Sequence record: MK524177.1
Length of the DNA stretch: 57,228 nt
Reading direction: 5' to 3' (one strand)
Source: Escherichia phage PHB10
Part shown: positions 1 to 9,375 of the stretch, in pieces
Numbering within the stretch: the stretch's first letter is position 1
Layout of the letters: each line of letters opens with the position of its first letter
Notes under the pieces: model-generated
Seen by the model: only the letters and a program-made list of their open reading frames with translations
Told to the model about the DNA's origin: nothing
The model's database searches: none
Position numbers and translations under genes: made by a program

Positions 1-165
1 CATCGGCCATGACTGTTTTTCAGGGTTGATGCCTTCACCGGCGATCTGTTCAAATCCGTCTCCGAAGGATGCAGAGCGTGTTGCGTAAGTAAGCTCCCCT
101 TCCATTCCCGCCTGAATCTGGGTTCGCCAGGTAAATGTTTCGATCGCCACCTTTCCTCCGGGCAT
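1..165 (-). CDS. minor tail protein M, N-terminal portion (gene runs off the window start; start ATG 165 or GTG 150)
   Basis: Minus-strand translation ...ETFTWRTQIQAGMEGELTYATRSASFGDGFEQIAGEGINPEKQSW resembles the lambda gpM N-terminus as I recall it (TF.W, GM, FGDG); GGAGG 4 nt upstream of GTG 150. Confidence 0.6.
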   Translation of the reverse strand, partial: MPGGKVAIETFTWRTQIQAGMEGELTYATRSASFGDGFEQIAGEGINPEKQSWPM

Positions 166-187
166 AAAAAACCCGCCGAAGCGGGTT
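166..187 (-). terminator. intrinsic terminator after the lipoprotein moron
   Basis: GC stem 170-176/181-187 (acccgcc/ggcgggt) followed on the minus strand by a U-run (plus A-run 166-171). Confidence 0.55.
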
Positions 188-203
188 AAGTAGATACGTC
201 AGC

Positions 204-1007
204 TCAAAGGTATCTTTTCTTTAGATCTTCAAGCCTGCTGTTTTCTTGCTCTGTAAAGCCAGAAGCATCAAACATCGCTTCTTTATTTGCACCATTTACT
301 CTCGTTACTGTAACTGTGAAGACCGCATCAGCTGGAGCATCAACCTGCCCCCATTCAGAAAACTTATTCGGAGCCAATGCCCAAGTAGCTTCTTCACCCG
401 GTTCAAGCCCGCCAGCAATTTCGTAGTTAAAATCTTTTTCCAGCCATGGAACTGAACGTCCATCGCTGGCTATCACACCATTGAAGTACACACGGGAAAT
501 AGCTTTATCAGTATTGTTTTTCACAACAAGGCGAATAATAGGTTGTGGCTTCCCATACTCTTCAGGTTCCAGGCTAAATCGAGATGATAGAACCTGTACT
601 TTTTTGAGTTCTTCTTTGGCCTTCTCAGAGTCAGCTTTTTTCTGTTCAAGCTCTTTGATTTCCTGAATAGCCTGCTCTTTCTGCTTAAGTTCCCTCTCGG
701 CAGTTACTTGCTGAGCATAAGAGATGATTTCCTCTCCAGTTTTGCCAGACAGGGGCTCGCGCATCTTCTTGCTTAGATCTTCTTTGTCACTTTCTGACGA
801 TGCTCGCATTAGGTCAGCCATATTAATGTTACTGAACGCTACGACCTTTAAAGCGCTATCAAATTCTTCCCGTTTATTTTCCGGAAGAGATTCTCTGACC
901 TTGGCTATAGATGATTTCATTGCGTCATCAGTTGATGAGTCAATTTTAGGTTTATCGCACCCGGCTAATAAGAAGGAAAGAAATAACACACCTACAATTT
1001 TTTTCAT
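204..1007 (-). CDS. lipoprotein of unknown function (moron between tape measure gene and M)
   Basis: Signal peptide with lipobox MKKIVGVLFLSFLLAGC; Lys/Glu-rich coiled-coil middle; lower GC by eye; lambda has no gene between H and M. Confidence 0.65.
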   Translation of the reverse strand: MKKIVGVLFLSFLLAGCDKPKIDSSTDDAMKSSIAKVRESLPENKREEFDSALKVVAFSNINMADLMRASSESDKEDLSKKMREPLSGKTGEEIISYAQQVTAERELKQKEQAIQEIKELEQKKADSEKAKEELKKVQVLSSRFSLEPEEYGKPQPIIRLVVKNNTDKAISRVYFNGVIASDGRSVPWLEKDFNYEIAGGLEPGEEATWALAPNKFSEWGQVDAPADAVFTVTVTRVNGANKEAMFDASGFTEQENSRLEDLKKRYL

Positions 1008-1082
1008 GTCCCTATTCCATCAGTAAAAATTGAGATTAATCCTATCAGGAATTGGCATAACGGCAAAATCTGCGGAGGCACT

Positions 1083-3995
1083 TTATCTTGATTTCGTTGC
1101 ATTCCAGATGAGACCTCCAGGCTGGAGCTGTTTGGCTATACCTGCGCGTACTGACTGATCAATGGTCTGCTTGTAAGCCCGAGAAATGGCGTCACTGTCA
1201 TCAGAAGCCTGCTGCTGAGTGTTCTGGTTATGAACGATCACGGACGTTTGAACGGTTACGCCGCCAGTTGCCGAAGATTGCAGCCCATACATCGGGGCGT
1301 GGCCAACATAGCCGCCGTTTGCATATCCCTGAGCTCCACGCATAAGCGCATAGAGATTACCGACACCCAGCGCACTGGTCGCTTCCTTCGTAAACACAAA
1401 CTCACCACCGTGAACTACGCCTTTCGGTTGGTATTTGCCGCCATCACCGGTGTAACCGCCGCTATCGAATCCCGGCACCAGACCGCCACCAGAGAAACCA
1501 AAAAACGCCCCGATACCCGTTCCACCAAAGGCTGACTTCATTCCATTAACCAGAGCCAGTTGAGTCAGCATCTGGGTTATGCCCTTCAGGAAGGTAGTCA
1601 GGAAGTCTGAGAAGTTAGATTTACCAGTAGTAAAAAAGTCAGTGAGTGTGCTGGCCATCCCGGTGAACGCATTGTTGGTAATCGTCTGCACCTGCGAGTA
1701 AACATTAGTCGCGCTGTCCTCAAATTCAGCCCAACCCTTTTTCGCGCCGGTCAACCAGTCGCCACGCAACCTGTCCTCTGCATCATAGTAATCATTCGCC
1801 GCTTTAAGCTGCTTCTGATAGCCCTCGTCGTCAAGCGTGCCGCCAGAGTTGATCCAGCCAGAGGAAAGCTGGCTCTTTGCCAGCTCACGTTGTGCCTGAA
1901 GGTCACTCATTCCGGCACCGTTCACTAATGCAGCCTGCTTTTCTGCCATCTGCGTGACGTATTTCTGCGAGGTATCCATGCGCTTATTCAGCAGTTCTTG
2001 CGCAGAAATCTGATCACCCAACAGGGCTTTCTGCCGCGCTAACTGCAGCACCTGGTCTTTACTCGCGAGCAGGGATTGCTCCTGCTTTGTCAGAGAGCGA
2101 GATCGGGAGGCCTCCTCCAGCACCTGAAATTTCGCTTCAGTCGTCCACAGATCTTTGCGCTGCTGGCTGATAGTGTCGTTCAGCCCTTTATGCTGCTGCA
2201 GCGCGCGTAACTGTGCCTGAAGCGCCAGCAGCTCGGCCTGGGCAGCGTCCGTGCTGCGATCGCCAGCCGATAAAGAGCCCTGCTTTCCGGTTTTGGTCTT
2301 TTTGCCAAAAGAAGCGACTCCTTCCCGATCCTTCTGGGTGGTTGCGGTACTTATCTTTCTGGTCGTATCGAGGTATTTACCTGCACTGATATCAGCGGCA
2401 TCCCAGTCTTTTTTCAGCTGAGAGACGCTGTCGCCATAAGCGCCGGCCATTTGTTCGTTATAGTCCTGCCATCCCTGCAAAGTATCCGTTTTCGCCCAGT
2501 CAGGAATGAGATTAATCGCAGCCGCGATAGAGGAAGAAATGATCTGGTTCAGCTTCTGGAAAACGATCGCTACGCTGTAATAAATTGCGTTGAATTCCTT
2601 CAGTGTGTTTGATGCCAGCTCAGCAACCCACTGACCGATACTCTGCATAGCCCCAGACGCCCAGCCCTTGATATCCAGCCACAGGCGACCAAACGGTGTC
2701 AGCGAGTCGTAAGCCTGCTCTCCACGTTCTGCCATCGTATCGCCAAACAGGTCCATAGCCTGCGTAACGGCCGCTGTCTGGTCCTTTTGCTTCACCAGCT
2801 CATCAATGTGCTTAAGCTGTGAAACGGTCAGGAAATTATATTGTTCGTTGAGACTCTGCAGCGCTTTAACAGGGTCTTTTTCGATGTCCTTATAGGCTTT
2901 GGTGATGTCCTGCGCCGAGACTATACCGGTCTGAACCGCCAGCGCCGTGGAGCCCGCTGCTTTTTCAAGTTGCTGCTGTGTCAGCGATCCCATGCCAACC
3001 AGTTCAGTCATTAAACTCTGAACGGTTCCTACAGTCGCGCCAGTAGAGGCAGCAATAGACTGGGAGGAAGCCATGATCTGGAGCGCTGACGTGCCGGCAA
3101 TGTTGCCAGTCCTGATAATAGCCTTGTTGATTTCGTCGTAGGCGGTGAAGTAGTCCGAACCCGCTTTTGCAGCAATCAGAACAGCACCGGCCAGGCCACC
3201 AATGGCCACTCGGGCAGGAGTCACCATCGACAACATCGCTTTCAGAGCATTGTTTACACCGCCAAACGAATCGCGCAGCTGGCCGCCCTGCTGAATGGCC
3301 ACCATATAAACCGGCATACCGGACGCCAGTGAGGTCACAATGTCGGTCATTTGCATCGGGAGATAACGCATCGCGTTGCGGTATTGCCCCGCGCTGATCG
3401 CTCCTGACTTCCACGCTTCCTCCTGCTCTTTCAGTCGGGCGATCATCGGTGCAGCACGATCGGACACGCCAAGTTGGGCTGCTTTTAGCTCTAATAGTTC
3501 TGCGCGCGTTTTTCCGATTGCTGTGACCTGCTCTTCCAGCGAATCGATAAAGGTTTTGCCCGCCGCAGCTGCACGCTGTGCTGCCTGTGCCTGTTCAATG
3601 CGAGCCCGCCCCTCTGCGGTCTCACACTCCATGACCTGCGCCAGTTTAGCTCGGGTCGTCTCAAGCACGCTGTTGTAGCGAGTAAAGTCTTCATCCCCTA
3701 CCAGCCCTTTACCGCGAAACTTCGCCAGGCTCTCCTGGATCGTGTCCAGTTCATCCAGCGCCTTGTTTACCGGGCTAATTTTATTCAGCAGGTTCTGCAA
3801 CTCCTGGCGCTGTTGCTTCAGACTTTCGCTGTTTTTCTTTTGGTTATCGATACCGGTGCGGAACGTACTGTTCAGGTCATCAGCTTTACCTGCCGCGGCG
3901 GTCGCGGTTTCCTGAAAGCGATCCAGTGCCTGATTGCCGCGCTCCAGCTCACTGGTATTTACACGCAGGGAAATCGTGGCGATATCGTTACTCAT
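1083..3995 (-). CDS. tail tape measure protein (H-like)
   Basis: 970 aa, coiled-coil-rich, Gly-rich C-terminus; lies between the G/GT chaperone and M as in lambda; start overlaps the GT stop (ATGA). Confidence 0.85.
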   Translation of the reverse strand: MSNDIATISLRVNTSELERGNQALDRFQETATAAAGKADDLNSTFRTGIDNQKKNSESLKQQRQELQNLLNKISPVNKALDELDTIQESLAKFRGKGLVGDEDFTRYNSVLETTRAKLAQVMECETAEGRARIEQAQAAQRAAAAGKTFIDSLEEQVTAIGKTRAELLELKAAQLGVSDRAAPMIARLKEQEEAWKSGAISAGQYRNAMRYLPMQMTDIVTSLASGMPVYMVAIQQGGQLRDSFGGVNNALKAMLSMVTPARVAIGGLAGAVLIAAKAGSDYFTAYDEINKAIIRTGNIAGTSALQIMASSQSIAASTGATVGTVQSLMTELVGMGSLTQQQLEKAAGSTALAVQTGIVSAQDITKAYKDIEKDPVKALQSLNEQYNFLTVSQLKHIDELVKQKDQTAAVTQAMDLFGDTMAERGEQAYDSLTPFGRLWLDIKGWASGAMQSIGQWVAELASNTLKEFNAIYYSVAIVFQKLNQIISSSIAAAINLIPDWAKTDTLQGWQDYNEQMAGAYGDSVSQLKKDWDAADISAGKYLDTTRKISTATTQKDREGVASFGKKTKTGKQGSLSAGDRSTDAAQAELLALQAQLRALQQHKGLNDTISQQRKDLWTTEAKFQVLEEASRSRSLTKQEQSLLASKDQVLQLARQKALLGDQISAQELLNKRMDTSQKYVTQMAEKQAALVNGAGMSDLQAQRELAKSQLSSGWINSGGTLDDEGYQKQLKAANDYYDAEDRLRGDWLTGAKKGWAEFEDSATNVYSQVQTITNNAFTGMASTLTDFFTTGKSNFSDFLTTFLKGITQMLTQLALVNGMKSAFGGTGIGAFFGFSGGGLVPGFDSGGYTGDGGKYQPKGVVHGGEFVFTKEATSALGVGNLYALMRGAQGYANGGYVGHAPMYGLQSSATGGVTVQTSVIVHNQNTQQQASDDSDAISRAYKQTIDQSVRAGIAKQLQPGGLIWNATKSR

Positions 3996-4312
3996 TCCGC
4001 CCTCTCTTTATGCATAATTTTTAGCGCAGCACTTTCCATCACCCGGATGTCCGAAAGCGCGGTTGCCTCGTCGTCGACGTTGTGCAAACGCATCACCCAG
4101 GGCAAAACGTTATAGTCGAGCCCGGACGCGCCCCCCATTCCCGTTCGCCATTGCGTACTGACAGTCTGAAACACCAGGAATGAAGTCCATACATCTGGCC
4201 AGACGTCGATGTATTGATCGTCGTAATCATCCGGCGTAAGCCCGTATGGTGCCAGGTCTGCCGCTGTGGGTTCAGGCGTATAGAACGCAGAGGCAACCGC
4301 TATCAGTTTTTT
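3992..4312 (-). CDS. GT-type -1 frameshift extension of the tail assembly chaperone
   Basis: Slippery AAAAAAC (minus strand, 4312..4306) just before the G stop; the -1 frame stays open to 3992 and its stop overlaps the tape measure start. Confidence 0.65.
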   Translation of the reverse strand, partial: KKLIAVASAFYTPEPTAADLAPYGLTPDDYDDQYIDVWPDVWTSFLVFQTVSTQWRTGMGGASGLDYNVLPWVMRLHNVDDEATALSDIRVMESAALKIMHKERAE

Positions 4313-4614
4313 TCGCGCTGCCCCATCAGCTCGCGGTAGTAGGTTTCCGGGATGGCCTTCATCGCCGCCGGATAGTTTTCCAGCAGCACCGACAGGTTTT
4401 CCGCGTTGAATGCATCCGGAAGTGCCCAGCCAGCAATGATTTCCATCAGAAAATCAGTGGCGGTTTTACCTTCGAGTTTTTCGAGGTCAGCCAGTTCTTT
4501 AAGTGGCTTGTGGTTGAACGTGAACGTCAACACGCCATCCTCATCGCCAGCTCGGGGGATCGAGACATTGGCCTTGAATGTAGGTTTTGGCTGAAGGGAG
4601 AATTTGGTCGCCAT
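4303..4614 (-). CDS. tail assembly chaperone (G-like)
   Basis: 103 aa ORF directly upstream of the tape measure gene; ends at a slippery heptamer. Confidence 0.75.
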   Translation of the reverse strand: MATKFSLQPKPTFKANVSIPRAGDEDGVLTFTFNHKPLKELADLEKLEGKTATDFLMEIIAGWALPDAFNAENLSVLLENYPAAMKAIPETYYRELMGQREKN

Positions 4615-4678
4615 CGATACCTCTTAACGAAAAAAGCCTCCATTATGAGAGGCATGGAATAGTGAAAGCTCTGACGGG

Positions 4679-5350
4679 TCAGGCGGCAGCGTCAGTTACC
4701 TTGTAGAACGTCATCGCCGGTGACTGCAGGTTCAGCACCACACTTACTGTCTCTACCTCGTTAACCGCAGTAGTTGGCGTATCGTCAAAGGACGCCGTGG
4801 CCGCCCAGTAACGGTTTTCCTTCGCCTTCGGCACGTACATGTAAGCCGCAACCGTCTCTTCGTCTTCGTCCAGTTGGCGCAGCAACGGATATACCGGGAG
4901 AGTTGAGTCGTGAGCGATCGAGTAGGTCTGAGAGACAGCGGATTTATAAGTATTCAGGTTGCGCTGGCGATCATCGCTCAGGAACTGAATCTGTGTGGTG
5001 TTCTGATCGCCACCAGATTTCGACACCTCAGTAATTTGCGGCAGCTCGGTCCATTCAAGCACCTTGCGGATCGAACCGGTACCGCCACCAGCGGCATATT
5101 TGTTTTTGTTGGTGGTATTGATATTGCGAAGAGTTACGGCGCTTTCGGCAATCGCATCAATTTTTGCAATGACGTTATCAACACCGGACCAGTTGCAGTT
5201 CACATGAACAATATCACCCACCTTGAGTGCGTCCGCTTCACTCACGGTGATCACCATATTTTCGGCGTTCGTCGCCCCGGTGAAAGTAATGGCTGGGCCA
5301 TAACCCGATGCCAGATAGACGTGAGCGCCGTTAGGCAATGCAAAGCCCAT
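4679..5350 (-). CDS. major tail protein (V-like)
   Basis: Position upstream of the G/GT chaperone; likely start at MGFALPNG (ATG 5350) preceded by AAGGAG. Confidence 0.65.
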   Translation of the reverse strand: MGFALPNGAHVYLASGYGPAITFTGATNAENMVITVSEADALKVGDIVHVNCNWSGVDNVIAKIDAIAESAVTLRNINTTNKNKYAAGGGTGSIRKVLEWTELPQITEVSKSGGDQNTTQIQFLSDDRQRNLNTYKSAVSQTYSIAHDSTLPVYPLLRQLDEDEETVAAYMYVPKAKENRYWAATASFDDTPTTAVNEVETVSVVLNLQSPAMTFYKVTDAAA

Positions 5351-5416
5351 ATTGGTTACTCCTTTAGAAACGGGAAAACCGGCAAAGTGCCGGTCAGTTT
5401 TAGAAGGTTGCAAGGA

Positions 5417-5827
5417 TTAGCTGGAGATATCAGCTCGATAATTGAGACTAACGGGAATGGTATAAGAGACAGATGTAGTGATCCCGCGGAAAACACCAGG
5501 CGTTTGATCTATCCAGCATGTAAAACCCCTGCCTTCAATCTCCTGCCCCTCGGGGAACAATTCAGCCACGCGATCAGCCAGGGCCACAACATCGGTACGG
5601 CCTGTGCCGGCTGGGGCCACAACGTTAATCTGGTATACACCTGAATAAATGCGGCAGCGCAATCCAAGGTCTACCGTACGCGGCGTGGCGGGCATGTCAT
5701 GGACAGCAAAATAGAGCCCATCAGATGGCGGTGTGAAAGGCACGTTTTCCCAGGCAATTGGGATCCCTTCAGCATCAGCCCACTCGCCGAGCCTGGCGGC
5801 CAGCGCCGCCGCGATATCGGGAATCAT
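5417..5827 (-). CDS. tail terminator protein (U-like), putative
   Basis: 136 aa, position between the Z-like and V-like genes. Confidence 0.5.
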   Translation of the reverse strand: MIPDIAAALAARLGEWADAEGIPIAWENVPFTPPSDGLYFAVHDMPATPRTVDLGLRCRIYSGVYQINVVAPAGTGRTDVVALADRVAELFPEGQEIEGRGFTCWIDQTPGVFRGITTSVSYTIPVSLNYRADISS

Positions 5828-6408
5828 TTAGTCACCTCCCTTACTGCATCCTCAAAAAATCGCTGAAACTCAGCAGCAGTAATGCGTACCATCCCTCCCG
5901 GAGCCTGGGAAGAGTGCCCCATCTCCAGTCGATACGCGTAAGGGACGTTGTTGCAGAAATAAATAGCCTTCATCCCGACTTTGAACAGCGACAGCGTGTA
6001 ATTTCCTGCGGCTTTTGTCAGATTTCCGGTTTTATCGACACGTCCCGTTTCATCTGTGGTCGGTGCATCAAAAGACACCTGCCAGTTGCCCCGAAACCGT
6101 CCACCGGTATATCCGGGCGGCGCTTTGATATCCATCCCATCCACCAGTCGAGCCTTCTTCTTAAGTCGCCCGGTTTTAGTCAGATTATTAGGGTTCGATT
6201 TTTGCGCTTCGTTATGGTCGTATACCGCCTGATTGTAAGAGGCTGCCGTCTGGTTGATGCCCCAGAGTTCGGGGTTGCCGACAGGTGACATAATCACCAG
6301 TTGATTAAGGATCCGAATGCCGACAGCACGTACGACCGCTTCCTGATTCGCTTTGGCTTTGTCCACGAACGCGGTGATGGCAGCCGTGAACGCCTTATTA
6401 TCGTCCAT
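5824..6408 (-). CDS. tail completion protein (Z-like / HK97 gp10-like), putative
   Basis: 194 aa, position in the head-tail joining block; overlapping stop/start with neighbours. Confidence 0.5.
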   Translation of the reverse strand: MDDNKAFTAAITAFVDKAKANQEAVVRAVGIRILNQLVIMSPVGNPELWGINQTAASYNQAVYDHNEAQKSNPNNLTKTGRLKKKARLVDGMDIKAPPGYTGGRFRGNWQVSFDAPTTDETGRVDKTGNLTKAAGNYTLSLFKVGMKAIYFCNNVPYAYRLEMGHSSQAPGGMVRITAAEFQRFFEDAVREVTK

Positions 6409-6409
6409 G

Positions 6410-6760
6410 TTATGCCCTCAACTGAGCTTTGTAGCAGAGCACCACAGCGCCCGGTTTCACGGGGTTTGGTTTAACTACGCGGTGGCTTACGCCGTCCACG
6501 TCGATCAGATCGCCGGTTTTAATGTCCTTCTCAGCACTGAAGACAATCCGTACATCACCGTTTTCAATGACGGTTCCATCAATTTCGCCTGGCGCGTAAT
6601 CCGTCTTCACTCCTGTGGCGGTGAATTGGATATCCTCGGAACGATGCTCCACACCACCGATGACGATTAACGTGCCCTTACGCGTGACGTTGTATGCAAT
6701 GCCGTTCTGCTTGAGCATACGAGTCGTTGTCGCCTGCATTCGCTGATAGTTGATGGCCAT
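6410..6760 (-). CDS. head closure / head-tail adaptor protein, putative
   Basis: 116 aa, size and position match an FII-like head-tail joining protein. Confidence 0.5.
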   Translation of the reverse strand: MAINYQRMQATTTRMLKQNGIAYNVTRKGTLIVIGGVEHRSEDIQFTATGVKTDYAPGEIDGTVIENGDVRIVFSAEKDIKTGDLIDVDGVSHRVVKPNPVKPGAVVLCYKAQLRA

Positions 6761-7275
6761 TACGCGCGCTCCGCGAAAGTATTGATTGCATATCCACGCC
6801 CACCAGCCAGGTTGCCGAGAATAGCCATTACCGCCGGGTAAGTTGGCGTAAACACCTCACCGTCGGCAACCGCATAAGTCATGGTTACGGCGCCTTCGAC
6901 ACGTTCGGTTTTAACCGCGGCCTCACGAACGCTTGAAAGCAAATCGCCATCAATCGCCTCGATAGCCAGCATGCATTGTGCGGTGATAACCTGCCGCGGC
7001 ACCTGGTCGGGTGGGAAGTCGTGTCCATCCAGAATGACATTTGCGCGTGGCCAGGCCAGCGGCTGTCGAGGGTCTGCTTTGGAACCTACCCAATCAAGAC
7101 CTTCTAGGTAGTCCATCGCCTTAATCAGTAATGGTGTGAGCTTTTCAGGCACCTCAACTCCTCTCAGCGTGGCAAATGACGCCAGTTCATCTTCGCTGGC
7201 GTAACTGTTAACGTCAGCGGCGGTGATATCAGTATTAATCATCTGAGCATCCGTTGAATGGGGCTTACGCCCCAT
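6760..7275 (-). CDS. head-tail connector protein (gp6-like), putative
   Basis: 171 aa, immediately downstream of the capsid gene. Confidence 0.45.
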   Translation of the reverse strand: MGRKPHSTDAQMINTDITAADVNSYASEDELASFATLRGVEVPEKLTPLLIKAMDYLEGLDWVGSKADPRQPLAWPRANVILDGHDFPPDQVPRQVITAQCMLAIEAIDGDLLSSVREAAVKTERVEGAVTMTYAVADGEVFTPTYPAVMAILGNLAGGRGYAINTFAERA

Positions 7276-7278
7276 CGG

Positions 7279-7566
7279 TTAGCCTGCAGCAGGTGCGGTG
7301 AAGGTGATTTCCTCACTCGATTTAGCAATACCATCAACAGTACCAGTGACCGTGAAAGTACCAGCCGTATCGGAGGTAAGCTTGACCGTCGCCCCACCAG
7401 CAGAGCCGGTTTGAGAACTGGCAGTGCTGAGCGTGCCGCCGCTTGAATTCCAGGCAACGGTTTTGCCGGAAACACCTGCGCCGTTTAGCATGTACTTCAG
7501 GGAAATGGTGACCGCATCGGTGCTGTCAGCGGTTGCGGAGGTTTTATCCGCTGACAGCGTTACTCC
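7279..7566 (-). CDS. Ig-like (Big_2-type) domain, probable C-terminal extension of the major capsid protein by -1 frameshift
   Basis: ORF GKTVAWNSSGGTLSTASSQTGSAGGATVKLTSDTAGTFTVTGTVDG is Ig-like; no SD before its ATG 7491; its frame is the -1 frame of the capsid gene and is open from 7584 across a G-run (7565-7569) beside the capsid stop. Confidence 0.45.
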   Translation of the reverse strand, partial: GVTLSADKTSATADSTDAVTISLKYMLNGAGVSGKTVAWNSSGGTLSTASSQTGSAGGATVKLTSDTAGTFTVTGTVDGIAKSSEEITFTAPAAG

Positions 7567-8513
7567 CCCGCTGCGGATCCCAGCTTAATCAGCACGCCAG
7601 CCGTAGATTTGTTACTGGTGAAGTGCTTCTTCCAGTTACCTGCAGTGCCGATTTTGGTCAGGTCCGGGTTGTCACCTTTGGAGGTATCCCAGCTGTAACC
7701 CAGCAGGTCGACATTCACCACGCCTTCAGCACGGTACCCGATCGCCAGGTTTTCCTGATCGTTGATGTCGTAGGAACGGAACCCCGGAGCCTGAGACTCA
7801 GTAACAGTCACCGCCCCGGTCACCAGCCCGAGAATCGCATCCGCGTCCATGGTGTCGGTCACCAGCACAGGCTTACCCAGCGTGCCCGGCTGCCCGCCGT
7901 AAACCACCACACCCGCTTCTTCATAGATTTTGTTGGCAATCGCCTCATCCACGATGTCGAAGTAAGTGGCGGAGTGCATAACGAAGAGCACGACACGGTT
8001 GAACTTATCGCCGTACTTACGCAGGCCGCGCGTCAGGGTCTTCTTGCCGTCTGTTTCGATATCGGCGGTGACCACCATATCCGCGTTGGCGCCAATAGCA
8101 GCCGTCAGCGCCTTCAGGCCGTATTTCACGTAGCCTTCCAGCGTCGCGTCAGCCACATCAGTGCCGATCACTTCGGAGAACTCGTCAACCGAGCGGCCGC
8201 GGCGTTTGAACGCTTCTTCAGTAGTTTCGTATGGACCGTATTTCCACGGCGCTTTGACGGATACGGCTTCACCGGCGCCAATCTTCTTACCCGTCACCTT
8301 TTCGGTGGAGTTAACGTCACGCGATTCTATTGAGCCGCCCACCTTGTAGAAGGCACGCTTGCGGAAGTCGCCTTCAATCAGTTCGTTATCCAGCAGGATC
8401 GCGCCGTTGGAGGACGCGTTGAAAATTGCCAGGTTGTCCTGGCGACGCTCGAGGAAAGCGGTCTGCGCCAGATCGTCATAAATGATCAGGTCACTATTAA
8501 CAGTGGTAGACAT
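7560..8513 (-). CDS. major capsid protein, putative
   Basis: 317 aa ORF between the scaffold and connector genes. Confidence 0.6.
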   Translation of the reverse strand: MSTTVNSDLIIYDDLAQTAFLERRQDNLAIFNASSNGAILLDNELIEGDFRKRAFYKVGGSIESRDVNSTEKVTGKKIGAGEAVSVKAPWKYGPYETTEEAFKRRGRSVDEFSEVIGTDVADATLEGYVKYGLKALTAAIGANADMVVTADIETDGKKTLTRGLRKYGDKFNRVVLFVMHSATYFDIVDEAIANKIYEEAGVVVYGGQPGTLGKPVLVTDTMDADAILGLVTGAVTVTESQAPGFRSYDINDQENLAIGYRAEGVVNVDLLGYSWDTSKGDNPDLTKIGTAGNWKKHFTSNKSTAGVLIKLGSAAGE

Positions 8514-8524
8514 GGGTTAATCCC

Positions 8525-9295
8525 TTATTTCGGAAGTTTGAGGAAGGCCTGCTGGCCATGCTTGCGGATGTAGTCCGCTTTGTCGCTGGCGCTCATTTCG
8601 GAACGTTTCAGGCTGCCAACGCCGTTTGGTTTGTGTCCGCCCGCGCCGGTGCCTTCTGCGCGTGGGAACAGATGCGGAGCCGTCTCCTTAAGAGACTCCG
8701 CCCACTCAAGCGGGCTTAGTGGGGTTTTGCCGTCTTTACCGAACAGAACATCGCCATTTGCATCAACTGCTACGGCCTCGCCTTCGTCGTTGAGCTGGAA
8801 TGTGCCTTTGGCACGCAGAATCAGATCGTCGGATGCTTCCGGCAGCGCGCCAGCTTTTGAGGCTGCTGCACGGATTGCATCGCCCAGAACTCGATCCCGG
8901 AATTTGTTGGAGAACGCTTCGGCTTTGTCCGCGCGTTCATTTGCGGCTTTAATCTGCTTATCAACGTCAGCACGCAGACGCTCGGTGCGCTTATCGAGCA
9001 CCTCATCGATTTTTCCGGCGGCAATCAGCTTTGCCTCTTCGTCGTCGGAAAAACGCTGGAGAATGCCGCGCACAGCATCAGGATCGATACCATCGAAGCG
9101 TGACAAGGTTTCTTTTTGCTGCTTGATGGTACCCAGCAGCTCAGAGTTTTTCGATTTCAGGCCCGTGACTTCGCTGGTCACACGCTCATCAATCAGCTTC
9201 TGGATTTCTGGGGTGATTTCGATACCACCGCCACCGCTGCCCTCGCCGCCGCTTTCAGGTGCGTAATATTTCAGAAGCATGTTTCGAATTAACAT
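8525..9295 (-). CDS. scaffolding protein, putative
   Basis: Acidic coiled-coil protein upstream of the capsid gene; likely start MLIRNM at 9295 with GAGGGG SD (longer ORF to 9424 overlaps the upstream gene). Confidence 0.5.
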   Translation of the reverse strand: MLIRNMLLKYYAPESGGEGSGGGGIEITPEIQKLIDERVTSEVTGLKSKNSELLGTIKQQKETLSRFDGIDPDAVRGILQRFSDDEEAKLIAAGKIDEVLDKRTERLRADVDKQIKAANERADKAEAFSNKFRDRVLGDAIRAAASKAGALPEASDDLILRAKGTFQLNDEGEAVAVDANGDVLFGKDGKTPLSPLEWAESLKETAPHLFPRAEGTGAGGHKPNGVGSLKRSEMSASDKADYIRKHGQQAFLKLPK

Positions 9296-9330
9296 AATTT
9301 CCCCTCGGGATTTTGCCGGGCCTCGCCCAT

Positions 9331-9356
9331 AAAAAAGCCCCGGCGGATGCCAGGGC
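9331..9356 (-). terminator. intrinsic terminator-like hairpin between minor head protein and scaffold genes
   Basis: 8-bp GC stem (one G-U pair) followed on the minus strand by a U6 run. Confidence 0.4.
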
Positions 9357-9375
9357 GTGGAGTAAGATGTGATTG

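Noticed and set aside
7533-8333. Long antisense ORFs inside structural and other genes (e.g. 7533..8333, 8580..9266, 9514..10149, 11210..11887, 4910..5644, 15535..16104, 23522..24103, 31446..32042)
   Set aside because: Each lies entirely within a longer, better-supported gene on the opposite strand; typical shadow ORFs of GC-rich coding DNA.
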